A stretch of DNA of 64,000 nucleotides, taken from positions 38,812,001 to 38,876,000 of the forward strand of contig OZ024754.1 in NCBI GenBank assembly GCA_964016885.1, given 5' to 3'. Numbering within the stretch: position 1 is the first letter of the stretch; every line of letters begins with the position of its first letter. Made by a program: the position numbers and the translations under genes. Positions 38,413 through 50,824 of the stretch are shown in pieces. The notes under the pieces are model-generated. The model was not told where the DNA came from. It saw nothing but the letters and a program-made list of their open reading frames with translations, and did no database searches. The DNA is from Eledone cirrhosa (lineage: Eukaryota).

Positions 38413-39500
38413 TAGTTACTAGGGAGATGTTATGATATAACAAGGTCATAGTTACTAGGGAGATGTTATGATATAACAAGGTCATAGTTACTAGGGAGAT
38501 GTTATGATATAATCATAGTTACTAGGGAGATGTTATGATATAACAAGGTCCTAGTTACTAGGGAGATGTTATGATATAACAAGGTCATAGTTACTAGGGA
38601 GATGTTATGATATAATCATAGTTACTAGGGAGATGTTATGATATAACAAGGTCATAGTTACTAGGGAGATGTTATGATATAACAAGGTCATAGTTACTAG
38701 GGAGATATTATGATATAATCATAGTTACTAGGGAGACGTTATGATATAACAAGGTCATAGTTACTAGGGAGATATTATGATATAATCATAGTTACTAGGG
38801 AGACGTTATGATATAACAAGGTCATAGTTACTAGGGAGATATTATGATATAATCATAGTTACTAGGGAGACGTTATGATATAACAAGGTCATTGTTACTA
38901 GGGAGATATTATGATATAATCATAGTTACTAGGGAGATGTTATGATATAACAAGGTCATAGTTACTAGGGAGACGTTATGATATAACAAGGTCATTGTTA
39001 CTAGGGAGATATTATATAATCATAGTTACTAGGGAGACGTTATGATATAACAAGGTCATTGTTACTAGGGAGATATTATGATATAATCATAGTTACTAGG
39101 GAGATGTTATGATATAACAAGGTCATAGTTACTAGGGAGATATTATGATATAATCATAGTTACTAGGGAGACGTTATGATATAACAAGGTCATAGTTACT
39201 AGGGAGATATTATGATATAACAAGGTCATAGTTACTATTTAGATGTTATGATATAACAATTGTTATAGTTACTAGGGAGATGTTATGATATAACTGTTAT
39301 AGTTACTAGGGAGATATGATATAACATGATCACAGTTACTAGGGAGATATAATATAACATGATCACAGTTACTAGGGAGATATGATATAACATGATCACA
39401 GTTACTAGGGAGATATGATATAACATGATCACAGTTACTAGGGAGATGTTATGATATAACAAAGTCATAGTTACTATGGAGATATTATGATATAACATGA
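38413..39500. repeat. 36/31-bp minisatellite with alternating higher-order structure
   Basis: catagttactagggagatgttatgatataacaaggt alternates with a variant 5 bp shorter. Confidence 0.95.
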
Positions 39501-39540
39501 TTGTAGTAGAAAGATTTATAAAAGAAATAAAATATCTTAC

Positions 39541-39599
39541 TGCTGCAGGATTTTATTGAATTGACTCCTTGCCATAGCCAGGTAATTATCAATTTGAAC
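39541..39599 (-). CDS. RTN: Reticulon exon 5 (amphipathic helix): VQIDNYLAMARSQFNKILQ(Q)
   Basis: tacag|gtt...ca|gtaag; QIDxYL motif; 59 nt; phase 0-2. Confidence 0.95.
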
Positions 39600-40509
39600 C
39601 TGTAACAACAACAGAGATTTAGAATAATAATTAGTCAGTCTTTCTACTAATTTACTAATTGTATATAATGCCCATTGCAGGGTAAATGTAAAACAAAATC
39701 TGTCGTTTATGAGGCTAAAATAACGCCAGTTATCAACAACCAGCCAGCCAGAAGCGAGCGATATGTCGGTATGACCCAGGACAGGTTTAAAACCAGATTT
39801 TACTCACATGTCGCTTCTTTTAAACACTCAGATAAACGAACATCAACAGCCCTCGCAAGTAAGGTATGGGATCTCAAGGATAGTAATATCCCGTACTCTA
39901 TTGATTGGTCTATATTAGACCATTCGAGGGAGTACCAAAGGGGCACAAAGAATTGTTCTTTGTGTACCACAGAAAAGTATAGGATTTTGCTAAACTTGAG
40001 AGACACTTCCGCTTGCCTTAACTCTAAGACTGAGATCTTCAGATGCTGTCCTCATCTGAAATCGCATCTGATCTGTAACTGGATTGACACTCCTACGATA
40101 AATCAACCGCCTTGAACTCCTTCTCTGCTCTTTACTTTTGCTACGGCTTTTATTTTGCTGCTTCTACCTTCTGTACTCTTGTATTTAAAAAATATTTTTT
40201 TCTCCCTTACCTCCCTTTATATTTTTACCTCCTCTAGGCCCCCCACCCCATATATTCTTTTTGTTTTGCCCTTCACATACCTATGTGTATGTGTATGTAT
40301 TTTTGTGTGTATATATGTATATGTGTACGTATATGTTTGTGTATGTATATATATATGTGTATGTATGTATGTATATGTATGTGTGTGTATATGTGTGTAT
40401 GTATATATGTCTGTATATATATATATATATATATATATGTACATGTATATATATATGTATATATATATATGTGTGTGTGCGTGTCTGTATGTGTGTATAT
40501 ATTTGTATA

Positions 40510-40568
40510 TTTCATTCTGAAGATTGAAGGAAACTTTTTTTGCTTTTAAGAAACCTCTGGTGAATGGA
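40510..40568 (+). ncRNA. Second, degenerate copy of the same hammerhead
   Basis: CUGAAGA...GAAA with stems I-III recognisable, but the triplet is GUG (violates NUH) and stem II is weaker. Confidence 0.6.
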
Positions 40569-40710
40569 TTAATTGCCTTGTATGGCTTTATTACTTTACT
40601 ACTATATATACGTTTATGTAAGGTTCATTTGTCTTATCTAATACTGAGCTTTACACATACACACATGTATATGTGTGTGTGTATGTGTATGCATGTGTGT
40701 ATGTGTGCGT

Positions 40711-40750
<40 letters not shown>

Positions 40751-41027
40751 GTATATATATGTGTATATATATATATGTATATGTATATATGTATATATGT
40801 ATATGTACGTGTATGTATGTATATGTTGCGTGTGTTTTTATTTATTTTTATGTATGTGTGGGTTTGTGTGTGGGTGTGTGTGTGTGTATATATGTGTGTG
40901 TGTTTGTATTTGGTTGTGCGTTCTTTTGATATATACGTATTTGCATGTGTATAATTGTTTAGCTATGTATGTATATGTGTGTTTACGTATTTATATGTGT
41001 GTGTGCGTTTATATTTTTATATTTTTG

Positions 41028-41076
<49 letters not shown>

Positions 41077-41525
41077 GTGTGTGTGTGTGTATATAATTAC
41101 ATATACATGTGTGTGTTTATATTGTATACGTGTACGTGTTTGCGTATGTATGTGTATGTACGTGTTTATGTATTTGTATATGTATATTTATGTGTGAGAG
41201 TGTGTGTATGTGTTTACTATTTCGAACGTATGTATATGCGCTTATGTGTGTATTACTTACCACGCGTGTCTGTCCTGTTAGCTGGGGCATGTATCGCTGT
41301 CAAATATTTGTTAATATTATTTATATATTTTTTTCTTATATTTATTTGCGTGTGTTAATATGTAGTGGAGTGCATTCATGTATGTGTATGTATGTACGTT
41401 GTATGTTTGTGTGAATGTATGTATATGTGTGTGTATATATATGTGTGTGTGTATGTGTAGGCTTGTACACACACATGTGTGTGTGTGTGTGTGTGTGTAT
41501 GTATATGTGTATATGTGTGTATATG

Positions 41526-41567
<42 letters not shown>

Positions 41568-41589
41568 GATATGTACATGTGTATATATA

Positions 41590-41625
<36 letters not shown>

Positions 41626-41726
41626 CGTGTGTATGTATGAATATATGTATGTGTATATGTGTGTATATATATGTGTATGTGTGTGTAGGTGTACGCTCTT
41701 TATATATATATATGTGTATGTATGTG

Positions 41727-41777
<51 letters not shown>

Positions 41778-41986
41778 GTATGTGTATGTGTATATGTGTA
41801 TGCGTGCAAATTATATGTGTATATATGTGTGTGTGTGTAAGTATGCTTTTGGGTTTTTTTGTGTGTGTTTGCATGTGTAGTTTTATTTTATTTTATTTTT
41901 CCTTTCCTTCTCCCTTTTCCAGCCTCACTTTCATATAGATTGCATTTTCGTTTTTAGAATCCATATTCAATAAACAAACCAGGATT

Positions 41987-42046
41987 TTTCATTCTGAGGA
42001 TTGAAAGCAAAACCTTTTGCTTTTAAGAAACCACTGGTAAATGGAA
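41987..42046 (+). ncRNA. Minimal type-I hammerhead ribozyme
   Basis: Stem I tttcatt/aatggaa; CUGAGGA; stem II ttgaaagcaaa/tttgcttttaa; GAAA; stem III acc-act-ggt; GUA cleavage triplet (cut after 42039). Confidence 0.8.
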
Positions 42047-42643
42047 TAATTGCCTTATGTTGTTTATTACATAATAATAATAATTAAGCTCTGTTGCTTA
42101 CATAGAGCACTCTTTTTTCCTGGACTTTTCCGATGGAATTACTTCATTCACACATATATATATATATATATAGTTCAAGGAAATAACAAACACAGGTACA
42201 AAAAGTCTTAGTTTCACGCTTTATATTGGAAAGAGGAAAGAAAGTTTGATGTGTCTAGTTTAAGCCCTTCTTCAGGAATACAAAATAGAGACAGGATCAC
42301 AACGGAGAAAAAAAAAAAAAAAAAAAAAATGAAGAGGGAAAAGAAGGCAACTGTTAGGTAGTCTAGGTAATGAGTAGGAACGCAAAGTGGAGTGGGTGTA
42401 TTAGTATTGTTATATGTGTGAGTGTAAGTGTTTATACTGGATGAGCATAAAGAATTTTGTTTAATGGATGCCATTGTGTTACTGAAAATTCCAACTGTAG
42501 AAGAGAAAATATAAAACATGTTCAGAAAAACTTTAAACTTGAAATTTATAAATTAAAACAATGAAAGAAGTAAAATCTCAAATAATATCCAAGATATGGT
42601 ATTTTATAATCAGGGGAAAGACTTTATGCTTATCCTGAATATA

Positions 42644-42855
42644 CAGTCTGTTCACTTTTTATACAAACTTGAAGTATGTGAATTCACTTGAACACGTCTT
42701 GAAAAATATTATTAAATATTCACTTTGGACGAATAACGCACGTGGTTTTTAATTTTTTTATTTATCAGAAATATAATATAACATTAGACTTGAATTATGC
42801 GAATTTGCTTTATGCGCCGCACGAACGCATCTTCGCGTAAAAAGCAAACAGACTG
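42644..42855. mobile_element. Tc1/mariner (Tigger-like) MITE
   Basis: TA flanks; TIRs cagtctgttcacttttta / taaaaagcaaacagactg. Confidence 0.85.
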
Positions 42856-43607
42856 TATATATGTGAGTGTGTCGGATGTATGGAAATATGGAAATATTAT
42901 ATACAACTGCATATACATGTGTGGATATATATGTGTGTAGATGTAGTGGTCAACAATAACATCACAAGCCAGTTGTTGAAAGGCTCTCTATGCCCTTAGT
43001 CATCTGCTCTGCCTCTTTAATGTGTAGGACCCCAGGTGCAGGCCACTTTATAGTCCCATTGGACAGACTGGAGAAAGCAAGCATTGCGCTGGAGGATAGC
43101 AAGAGAGATGTGTTGAAATAGCCATTCCAACTCACAGGGCTCCTATGGATGGCCAACTCCAACATGAAGGCAGTAAGTAGGGAGATGCTACAGGGACCAA
43201 GAACTCCCAAGTTTCCACTGCTATAGGTTTGATAGATTGACTTCATAGTTCTCACTCATGATAGCAGTGATTAGAGAGGTGATATTGAAGGACCAAGAAT
43301 GCCAGAAGTCTCCACAGTTATAGGGTTAATAACAAACCTATTAAAGAGTATTTAATACTTCAGCAGCTTGCAATCTTTAGCTTGCCAGGCAATGAAACCA
43401 GAGTCTGTTGCTGAATGAGGGGAGGTTTTAATATAAATGTGAACATTCAAAAATGAGCAGTTGTATATCATAATACCAGGAGCAGTTTCAGGGAGTTTGG
43501 TATAGGAAGGGTTAAAAATAGAAACATGAATTTATCAATAATAAAACTGATGGTGATATATTGTACATGAAATGAGAATGTTGAAGCAGAGTTTTAGACC
43601 GACGTAC

Positions 43608-43654
43608 CTTGTATGTTTCATAAATCTTTGGCAGTGTGAAGATTATCACAACAC
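43608..43654 (-). CDS. RTN: Reticulon exon 4: (S)VVIIFTLPKIYETYK
   Basis: cttcag|gt...aag|gtacgt; FTLPxIYE motif; 47 nt. Confidence 0.95.
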
Positions 43655-43749
43655 CTGAAGAAAGAAAAAATATAATATTTATATATTTATAAAATATGAT
43701 ATGATATAATATGTCTGTGTGTGTGTTTACATCCACCTTTTCATGCTTA

Positions 43750-44120
43750 CATGGGTTGTACAAGACTATAAAACAACAATGCTTTGAGCTGCTCTGGAAA
43801 TCTCCTGGAGACAACAACTTACGAAAGAACTTCTCCATGGAAATTTACCACCAATATCACCAATGTCTTCAGAGAAAGAAGAACAAAATTTGCTGGACAT
43901 TGCTGGAGAGCAAAGGATGAGATCGTCAACGATGTTCTTCTTTGGGAACTGAAGTATGGGTATGCAAATGTTGGTAGACCACATTGTACCTGCATAAAAC
44001 AACTGTGCAAGGATTCTGAGTGCATATGAGAATACCTTCCATTAGCAATGGCAGACCAAAACAGATTGGAGAGAATGAGTCATGGCAACCCATGTAATAA
44101 ACATGTCCAGATGATGATGA
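43750..44120 (+). mobile_element. Decayed RTE-like LINE 3' end
   Basis: RERRTKFAGHCWRAKDE..VLLW....GRP motif and a (GAT)n tail. Confidence 0.7.
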
Positions 44121-44467
44121 TAAAACTGTCTCTTTATGACCAGAAGAAAGGAGCTTTGTTCAAACAGGACCAAGGAAACAATGTTGCCATAGGTATTTTC
44201 ATTGCTTACACTATCTGCTGGTCACAACTCTTGGCAGAATAAAGGAGCTGAGTGTCATATCTGCCCAAGGAAACAATGGTACTATCTGCCAGTTGCAACT
44301 CCTGGCAGGAAGAGCAACATGAAATAAAGTATTTTGCTGAAAAACACAAAGCAGAGCTCAGTCCAGCAACTGAACCTGTAACCATGATTGTGTGTCCAAC
44401 ACTCTCACCACTAGGTCATTCACCTTCACAATAAATGAGGAAATTTCAATAAGTGGCTATTACTTAC

Positions 44468-44537
44468 TGTTAATAATTATTGTCATTCCATTAAACCAGG
44501 AGCCAATGTAAGTCAAGACCCACAGGAGGAGACCAAA
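44468..44537 (-). CDS. RTN: Reticulon exon 3: FGLLLWVLTYIGSWFNGMTIIIN
   Basis: tacag|ttt...a|gtaagt; WxxTYxGxxFNG motif; 70 nt. Confidence 0.96.
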
Positions 44538-44858
44538 CTGTAAAAGACAAACATAAATTATTAGAGTGTCAGGAATATCACAAAGTTGGGTTTTATTTCT
44601 GCATTCTAATAATCATCACATTCAATAAACTATCTGTTTCAAAGATATTGTTGACAAAGGCCCATATTCTTAATTATCAGAAGTTGTACAAGTCTTGACA
44701 GAGCTCATCATTCCCTAAAAAAAAATCGGCTGTGTTCAGACCTGGAGAATGATGGGTTCTACCAGGTTTAAAATGCTCAAATACTTGTGTAAGTGCCTCT
44801 AAGGTTCCATCAGGAGTTAAGAGCCCTGAAAATGAGTACCAGCAGTAAAGGACTAACA

Positions 44859-45023
44859 CAGGCATAGGTAAGCTTTTTTGAACAGTAGGCTGCATAGGAT
44901 GAGGCTCAACATAAGGCAAGCTGCACTGCTAAAAAAATTCAAGGTAATTTCAAAATTAGGTGTGCCATTCAGAAAGCCAAATGGGCCGCATGTGGCACGC
45001 GGTCCACAGTTTGTCTGTGGCTG
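44859..45023. mobile_element. hAT MITE with 8-bp TSD
   Basis: gactaaca at 44851-44858 and 45024-45031; CAG...CTG termini; gggccgcatgtggc subterminal motif. Confidence 0.88.
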
Positions 45024-47081
45024 GACTAACATCTTGTACCCTCAGTTACTGGACACTACATGAAATTGAGATAAGCTCTGGCCTTGTCTAATGTCCATAT
45101 GACTCTACCAGGAGTGTCAATATATACAGACAATTAGAATTATAGTAACAAATGGGTTAAACCATGAAGCAAAAACTTGGTGAAAACTACAATGCTATGT
45201 CATGTGATTTTATTGCGGTGATATGATTAGTTTGAAGACCAGCATAAGCTGGCAAATTGTCTAAATTGATAACACTTCACAGCTAATCAATCAATGATCA
45301 AGCAGACGAAGCCAAGTTAACTGTTTGAAGTAACTAATCCTATCAAATACCAAATATTGCAATTGGCAGCAATATTCAACCATAGGCTAACAATTGTTGA
45401 ACCTCAAACGTTTCCAACGATAAGTGTTCCAGTTGATTCTATCAGTGGAACTGCCTCCTTGTGAAATAAATGTGTAAGTGGCTGAGCATTCCACAGACAC
45501 ATGCACCCTTAACGTAGTTCTTGTGTAACAAAGCTGACCTCATGAATTACAGGTACAACTCAGTTTTGCTAGCTGAGTTTATCTGAAACGATGTGAAAAT
45601 AAAGAGCCTTGCTGAAGAACACAACTTGCTGCCTGGTCCAGTTGTTTCCAATACCAACTTAATAATGGAAAAAGTTATTATAATAAATCCCTCCTAATTT
45701 CAGATTCTATTCAACATTAATTGCAACCATAAATTTTGTCTGACTCTTTAAGAATTTCACTAGTAGTCACCGGACTGCTACTATGTTTATTGACCTTGAA
45801 AATAAGGCAAAGTTGACCTTAGTGAGACTTGGACTCAGAGGTCAGAGAGCTGGAAGAAATACAGATGAATTTAATTAAATGCGTTGACCCTTTAGCATTC
45901 ACATTACTCTATATTTACTATTGTATTTTCAAGATAAACAATTTATCTCACATAATTACCTCACATAATATCAAATCTATGAGATTTTGATATTATTTAT
46001 TTTGAGAACAATACCTTAATATAAGTATGAGCAGCCAGTTACGGCTGGTTTGAACAGAAAGAGTTGAGAGAATTCTGGCCAGATACGGCCTGTTTAAATG
46101 TTAAATAATTTAATGACTGCTGTTTCACAACTTCACAAACTTGTGTTGTTTTAACTCTTTCGTGACTGTAGTTCTAATGAAATACACACTATTTCAATTA
46201 ATAAATAATTTTAAGGGATTTACTAAGATCATTAAATATTTCATTACTAAGATAGTAACTTAAAATATGGTTCTTGTATAAAATTATGTTGGAAAATTTT
46301 AATTTAAATAGGAACCATTAAAATAGATGGTTTTGTTTCGTAGAACCAGAGCTATTTTTTGGGGGGTGGGGAGGGGGGGGGGGTGCTATCAAAAAGGTTA
46401 AAGTTTATCAAATTAATTTAGAAAAGAATTGAAACAAGTATTCATAGAATAATTAGGTGATACACAAGGATAGAAATTGATAGTTCAACTTCTGGTACTG
46501 TGTGTGGAACAGCTGTTGACTGTATTTGGGAGGGAGTGAGGGGAGAGGGAAGAAAGGGATGAAAAGAACAGGCTGGGTGCGCAGAGGGATTGTATAAACT
46601 GTTGCCTTGGCAACAATTCATAATGCTTACTAAAAGAATTTAACAAGCATTTGGTGAATTGGCAGTACCAGTAGAGGGTCAGACGCCATGCTTTCCCGCA
46701 TAGAGTTACGTCCCTTTACGGTCTGAGTTCAAATTGCGCCAAGGTCAACTTTGCCTTTCATCCTTATGTGTAGGTAGAGTACAGCCAAGGGTGTAAAGGA
46801 TATTTCTCAGTCCCAACTTTTTTTCTTTATTTTCCTTTTTCCTTTTTGTTATTGGGATATTATAAATATATTTTGAATATTTGAAATGAATAAAGTTACT
46901 ACCTTCAAAATATATAGAAATAAAAAACAAAGCTTTGTTATGTCGTACAATAGCATTCCTGACTACTGGGGAGACAGATGACAGATGTCGCTATATAAAC
47001 CACCTGACACCATCAGAGCTAGGAGACAACTCAAACACAACGATACAACATAAAATCAAGTGATTGGCTCCAGGACATATT

Positions 47082-47377
47082 GAGCTTTCCTGTACGACTA
47101 TATATTCACGAGATCAAGCTCCTAACCATATGGCTATGTACTCTCAGTAGAAGGAGAGCTTTCCTGTACGACTATATATTCACGAGATCAAGCTCCTAAC
47201 CATATGGTTACGTACTCTCAGTAGAAGGAGAGCTTTCCTGTATGACTATATATTCATGAGATCAAGCTCCTAACCATATGGCTATGTACTCTCAGTAGAA
47301 GGAGAGCTTTCCTGTACGACTATATATTCACGAGATCAAGCTCCTAACCATATGGCTACGTACTCTCAGTAGAAGGA
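47082..47377. repeat. 74-bp tandem repeat, 4 copies
   Basis: gagctttcctgtacgac recurs every 74 bp. Confidence 0.93.
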
Positions 47378-47455
47378 CTTTGTTATAAACAAAACTAAAT
47401 CTGTGTGGAATGGAAAAGAAGGCAGAGGAGGATGCAGAAACAAAATATTTCTCAC

Positions 47456-47594
47456 CTTAAGGGAGTCTACAAGATCCTCAATAAGGAAGAGTCGTCGCAA
47501 TTCTTGAACAGTGGCATTGGTGTGCTTGAGGACAAGTTTGACAACTTTCTGTGTTTTTTGGTCATTTAACTCAATGTCACATTCAAGATATTCC
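47456..47594 (-). CDS. RTN: Reticulon exon 2 (Nogo-66-like loop): EYLECDIELNDQKTQKVVKLVLKHTNATVQELRRLFLIEDLVDSLK
   Basis: tttcag|g...aag|gtgag; ELRRLFLxxDLVDSLK motif; 139 nt; phase 2-0. Confidence 0.97.
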
Positions 47595-47670
47595 CTGAAA
47601 ATAGATTTGGTTTTATTTTTCAAAATTAATAATCACATTTATGGAAGGAACATTTATAAAAAAACAAGTA

Positions 47671-48797
47671 CTCTCGGGTCCCAAATAAAAGGTGGGGTTG
47701 GAATAAGCAAGGGAATTGGACCTTTGCTTAAATTCTTGTAAACGGGGAGGGGTTGGCAGTAATTGTATAGTGTACATTCATAAATATGGGATTTCTTGTA
47801 ATGTTCTTTTTTGTCATATATAATTGTTTCTACTTTTGGCACAAGGCCAGCAATTACCCAGTACATTACTGGTACTTTATTTTATCGACCCCGTAAGGAT
47901 GAAAGGCAAAGTTAACCTCGGCGGGATTTGAACACAGACCGTAAAGGGACGTAACTATGCTGGAAAGCATGGCGTTCGACTCTCTACTGATACTGCCAAT
48001 CCACCGTGTTTTTTAATCATCATTGTTTAACATCTATCTTCTATGCTAGCATGGGTTAGACAGGAATTGTCCCACTTGTGGCAAGATTGACCGGGTGACC
48101 GTCTCTCGCTCGTATAGGAATGTATCTGGTAGGTTTTCTACGATTAGATGTCCTTCGTAACACCAACCACATTTACAATTTGGATTGGGAGCCTTTTTAC
48201 CGTGTCTCCTACACGACCACTTTACAGCGCGGACTGGGTGCTTTTTTGTCATGAAACCTACACAACCTCTTTAGTTTGGACTGGATGTTGTGGTAGCAAC
48301 ATAACTTTACAGAGAAGGGTGATGTTGGTGGGAGTGGGAGGATGATGTAGGGGTAGTGGATTGGGGTGTAAATTTGGTAAAGAGGTGCCTACTGACAGTA
48401 GGCATTCACATTACTCTATATATACTATTATATTTTCATGGTAAATGCTTTATCTCACATAATTATCTCACATAACATCGAATCTATGAGATTTTGAAAG
48501 TATTTATTTTGAGAACAATACCTTAACATCAGTTTGAGTGACCAGTTACAGCCAGTTTCAACAGAAAAAGGTAGAGAATTCTGGCCGGTTTTGGTCGGTT
48601 TGAACATTAAAGGGTTAACTTTGTATAAAATAAAATTATTATTAGATTCTCTAGCCGCTGTATCAATATGAATCACTTACAATAAAATTTCGCTGGAGAT
48701 AGAACAGCAAAATTTAATAAGCAGGAGTGGGGCGGAAAAACCTTTAAAATTAATAAGTGTGGAGGGGGGAGGGGGACAATTATTCAAGACCTGTGAG
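47671..48797. mobile_element. Old TA-flanked DNA transposon containing nested SINE, RTE fragment and piggyBac MITE
   Basis: Imperfect TIRs ctctcgggtcccaaataa / ttattcaagacctgtgag with TA on both sides. Confidence 0.55.
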
Positions 48798-48816
48798 TAG
48801 TTAAAATAAAAGGAAG

Positions 48817-48873
<57 letters not shown>

Positions 48874-49105
48874 ATAAATAGATAAATGAAACAATAACAT
48901 AAAAGAAAAATAGCTGATTGTTTCCTGATTATCAGATCAGACAAAGTCAAACTTGCTTTCCATCCTTTTAAGATCAATAACAAAGTCGCAAACAGTGACA
49001 TTTGTTTATGACCTGCAGCTTGGTGGTTTGCTGAAGGTCATCGCTATGTACTATACTTAGAAATAAAATATATGGGTTGGTACCAATAAAGGCAGCTGTC
49101 TGTAG

Positions 49106-49115
49106 ATGACAATGA

Positions 49116-49146
<31 letters not shown>

Positions 49147-49597
49147 TATGATGATGGTGGTGGTGGTTATGCTAATGATGATGGTGGTGGTGGTTATGCT
49201 AATGATGATGGTGGTGGTGGTTATGCTAATGATGGTGGTGGTGGTTATGATGATGGTGGTGGTAGTTATAATGATGATGGTGGTTATGATGATGATGATG
49301 ATGATGGTGGTACTGGTGGTTATGATGATGATGGTGGTAGTTATGATGATGATGGTGGTGGTGGTGGTGGTTATGATGATGATGGTGGTGGTGGTTATGA
49401 TGAAGATGGTGGTGGTGGTTATGAAGATGGTGGTGGTGGTTATGATGAAGATGGTGGTGGTGGTTATGAAGATGGTGGTGGTGGTTATGATGATGATGGT
49501 GGTGGTTATGATGATGATGGTGGTTATGATGATGATGGTGGTGGTGGTGGTGGTGGTTATGTTGATGGTGGTGGTGGCTATTGCGATGATGATGATT
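49106..49597. repeat. (ATG)/(GTG) compound trinucleotide repeat
   Basis: Direct inspection. Confidence 0.95.
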
Positions 49598-49817
49598 CCT
49601 TACAGCCATTGTCAGGAAACATACCAGATTCCAACAGACATCACAGATTAATTTTTCAATAAAAAATATATATAAAAGGTAGTATTTTATCAGCTATAAA
49701 ATAATAGGTTACTATGGAAACTGATGCTGATTCTAATGAAAGTAATTTCATAGGTACAAAAATATACAGAGAAGAAAAAATTGTATAGATATCATCATCA
49801 TCATCACCATTTAACGC

Positions 49818-49852
<35 letters not shown>

Positions 49853-49905
49853 AATTCTTCCAATATTTTATATATATTCAAAATTCCAGCCAGTGTTTCA
49901 GTTAA

Positions 49906-50099
49906 CCCTTTAGCATTTAAACCGGCCGTATCCGGCCAGAATTCTCTCACTTCTTTCTGTTCAAACCGGCCATAACTGGTCGCTTATACTGATATTAAAA
50001 TAAATAACATTAAAATCTCATAGATTCGATATTATGTAAGATAAAGCCTTTACCACAAAAATACAATAGTATATATAGAGTAATGTAAATGCTAAAGGG
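49906..50099. mobile_element. piggyBac-type MITE, best-preserved copy
   Basis: TTAA TSD; perfect TIR ccctttagcattta / taaatgctaaaggg. Confidence 0.9.
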
Positions 50100-50774
50100 T
50101 TAATATAATATGTGTAAGCTGAGTAGCCTGTCATTGCTGGGCAATAATCACAATACTATGTCTTTATTTCAAATTTTATTTTTATTCCATGTCAGACCAT
50201 GTCTTCCCCGAATGATAGTCCCTTTGATGAGGACTTCCAACATAAAGCTGACCTAGGTAAAGCAGGGCTCTTCAAGGTCTAAACTGGCAACTGAAATGTT
50301 TGTTCTTGTGATTTGTTGATGGTCATGGTAAAACTAAAACCCACAGGGAATTGAAGTCGTTTGAATTGAAGTGGTACATCAGTGGGGATAGAGGAATTCT
50401 TAGAACAAACATCCTTTCCCCTACCACATCCTGTTGAAATGGTGGCTTGAATCATGTGGATACATATTTTTCACACCCAATCGAGTGCCGTCGCATAGCT
50501 TTGGTGGGTTCAAATTCCTCAATAACATGATGGGTGCTCCGTCTTTAAAGTGAAGGACATGTGGAGCCATTCCTGATGGTTCTAAAGGCGTAAAATGATG
50601 ATGATGATGCTATATATATATCTGTATATGGTTGCTGGTTGAGAGAAAGGAGTGTTCAATACCAAAGAATCATCACAACCTTGCCCATCCAATCATAATT
50701 ACCCCTCTCAATTAAATTCTCCCTCCCCCACCCCAATCTTCCTTATCTATACTGTCTGCCATTGAAATGTTACT

Positions 50775-50824
50775 TCTTGTCTGATGACCTTGAGATAAAC
50801 AGGCGAAACTCCAGAGTAACAAGA
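50775..50824 (+). ncRNA. Hammerhead-like motif (third family), probably lacking G10.1
   Basis: tcttgt CTGATGA cct-tgagataaac-agg c GAAA ct-ccag-ag TA acaaga; stems I-III all close, but an unpaired C precedes GAAA. Confidence 0.55.

Larger units (their letters stand above)
39662..42150 (+). mobile_element. 5'-truncated Penelope-like retroelement: GIY-YIG endonuclease plus tandem pLTR-like repeats, inflated by (TA/TG)n
   Basis: ORF 39675-40115 has CPLQGKC, VVY..YVG, FKTRF..H, CSLC..EK..LN..E..CxH; a duplicated ~90-nt block at 40510 and 41987 carries hammerhead cores. Antisense within a reticulon intron; right boundary approximate. Confidence 0.85.

Noticed and set aside
42235-42285. Minus-strand CTGAAGAagggc motif in sense to reticulon
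   Set aside because: The GAAA core is lost (gacac); likely a dead PLE terminus.
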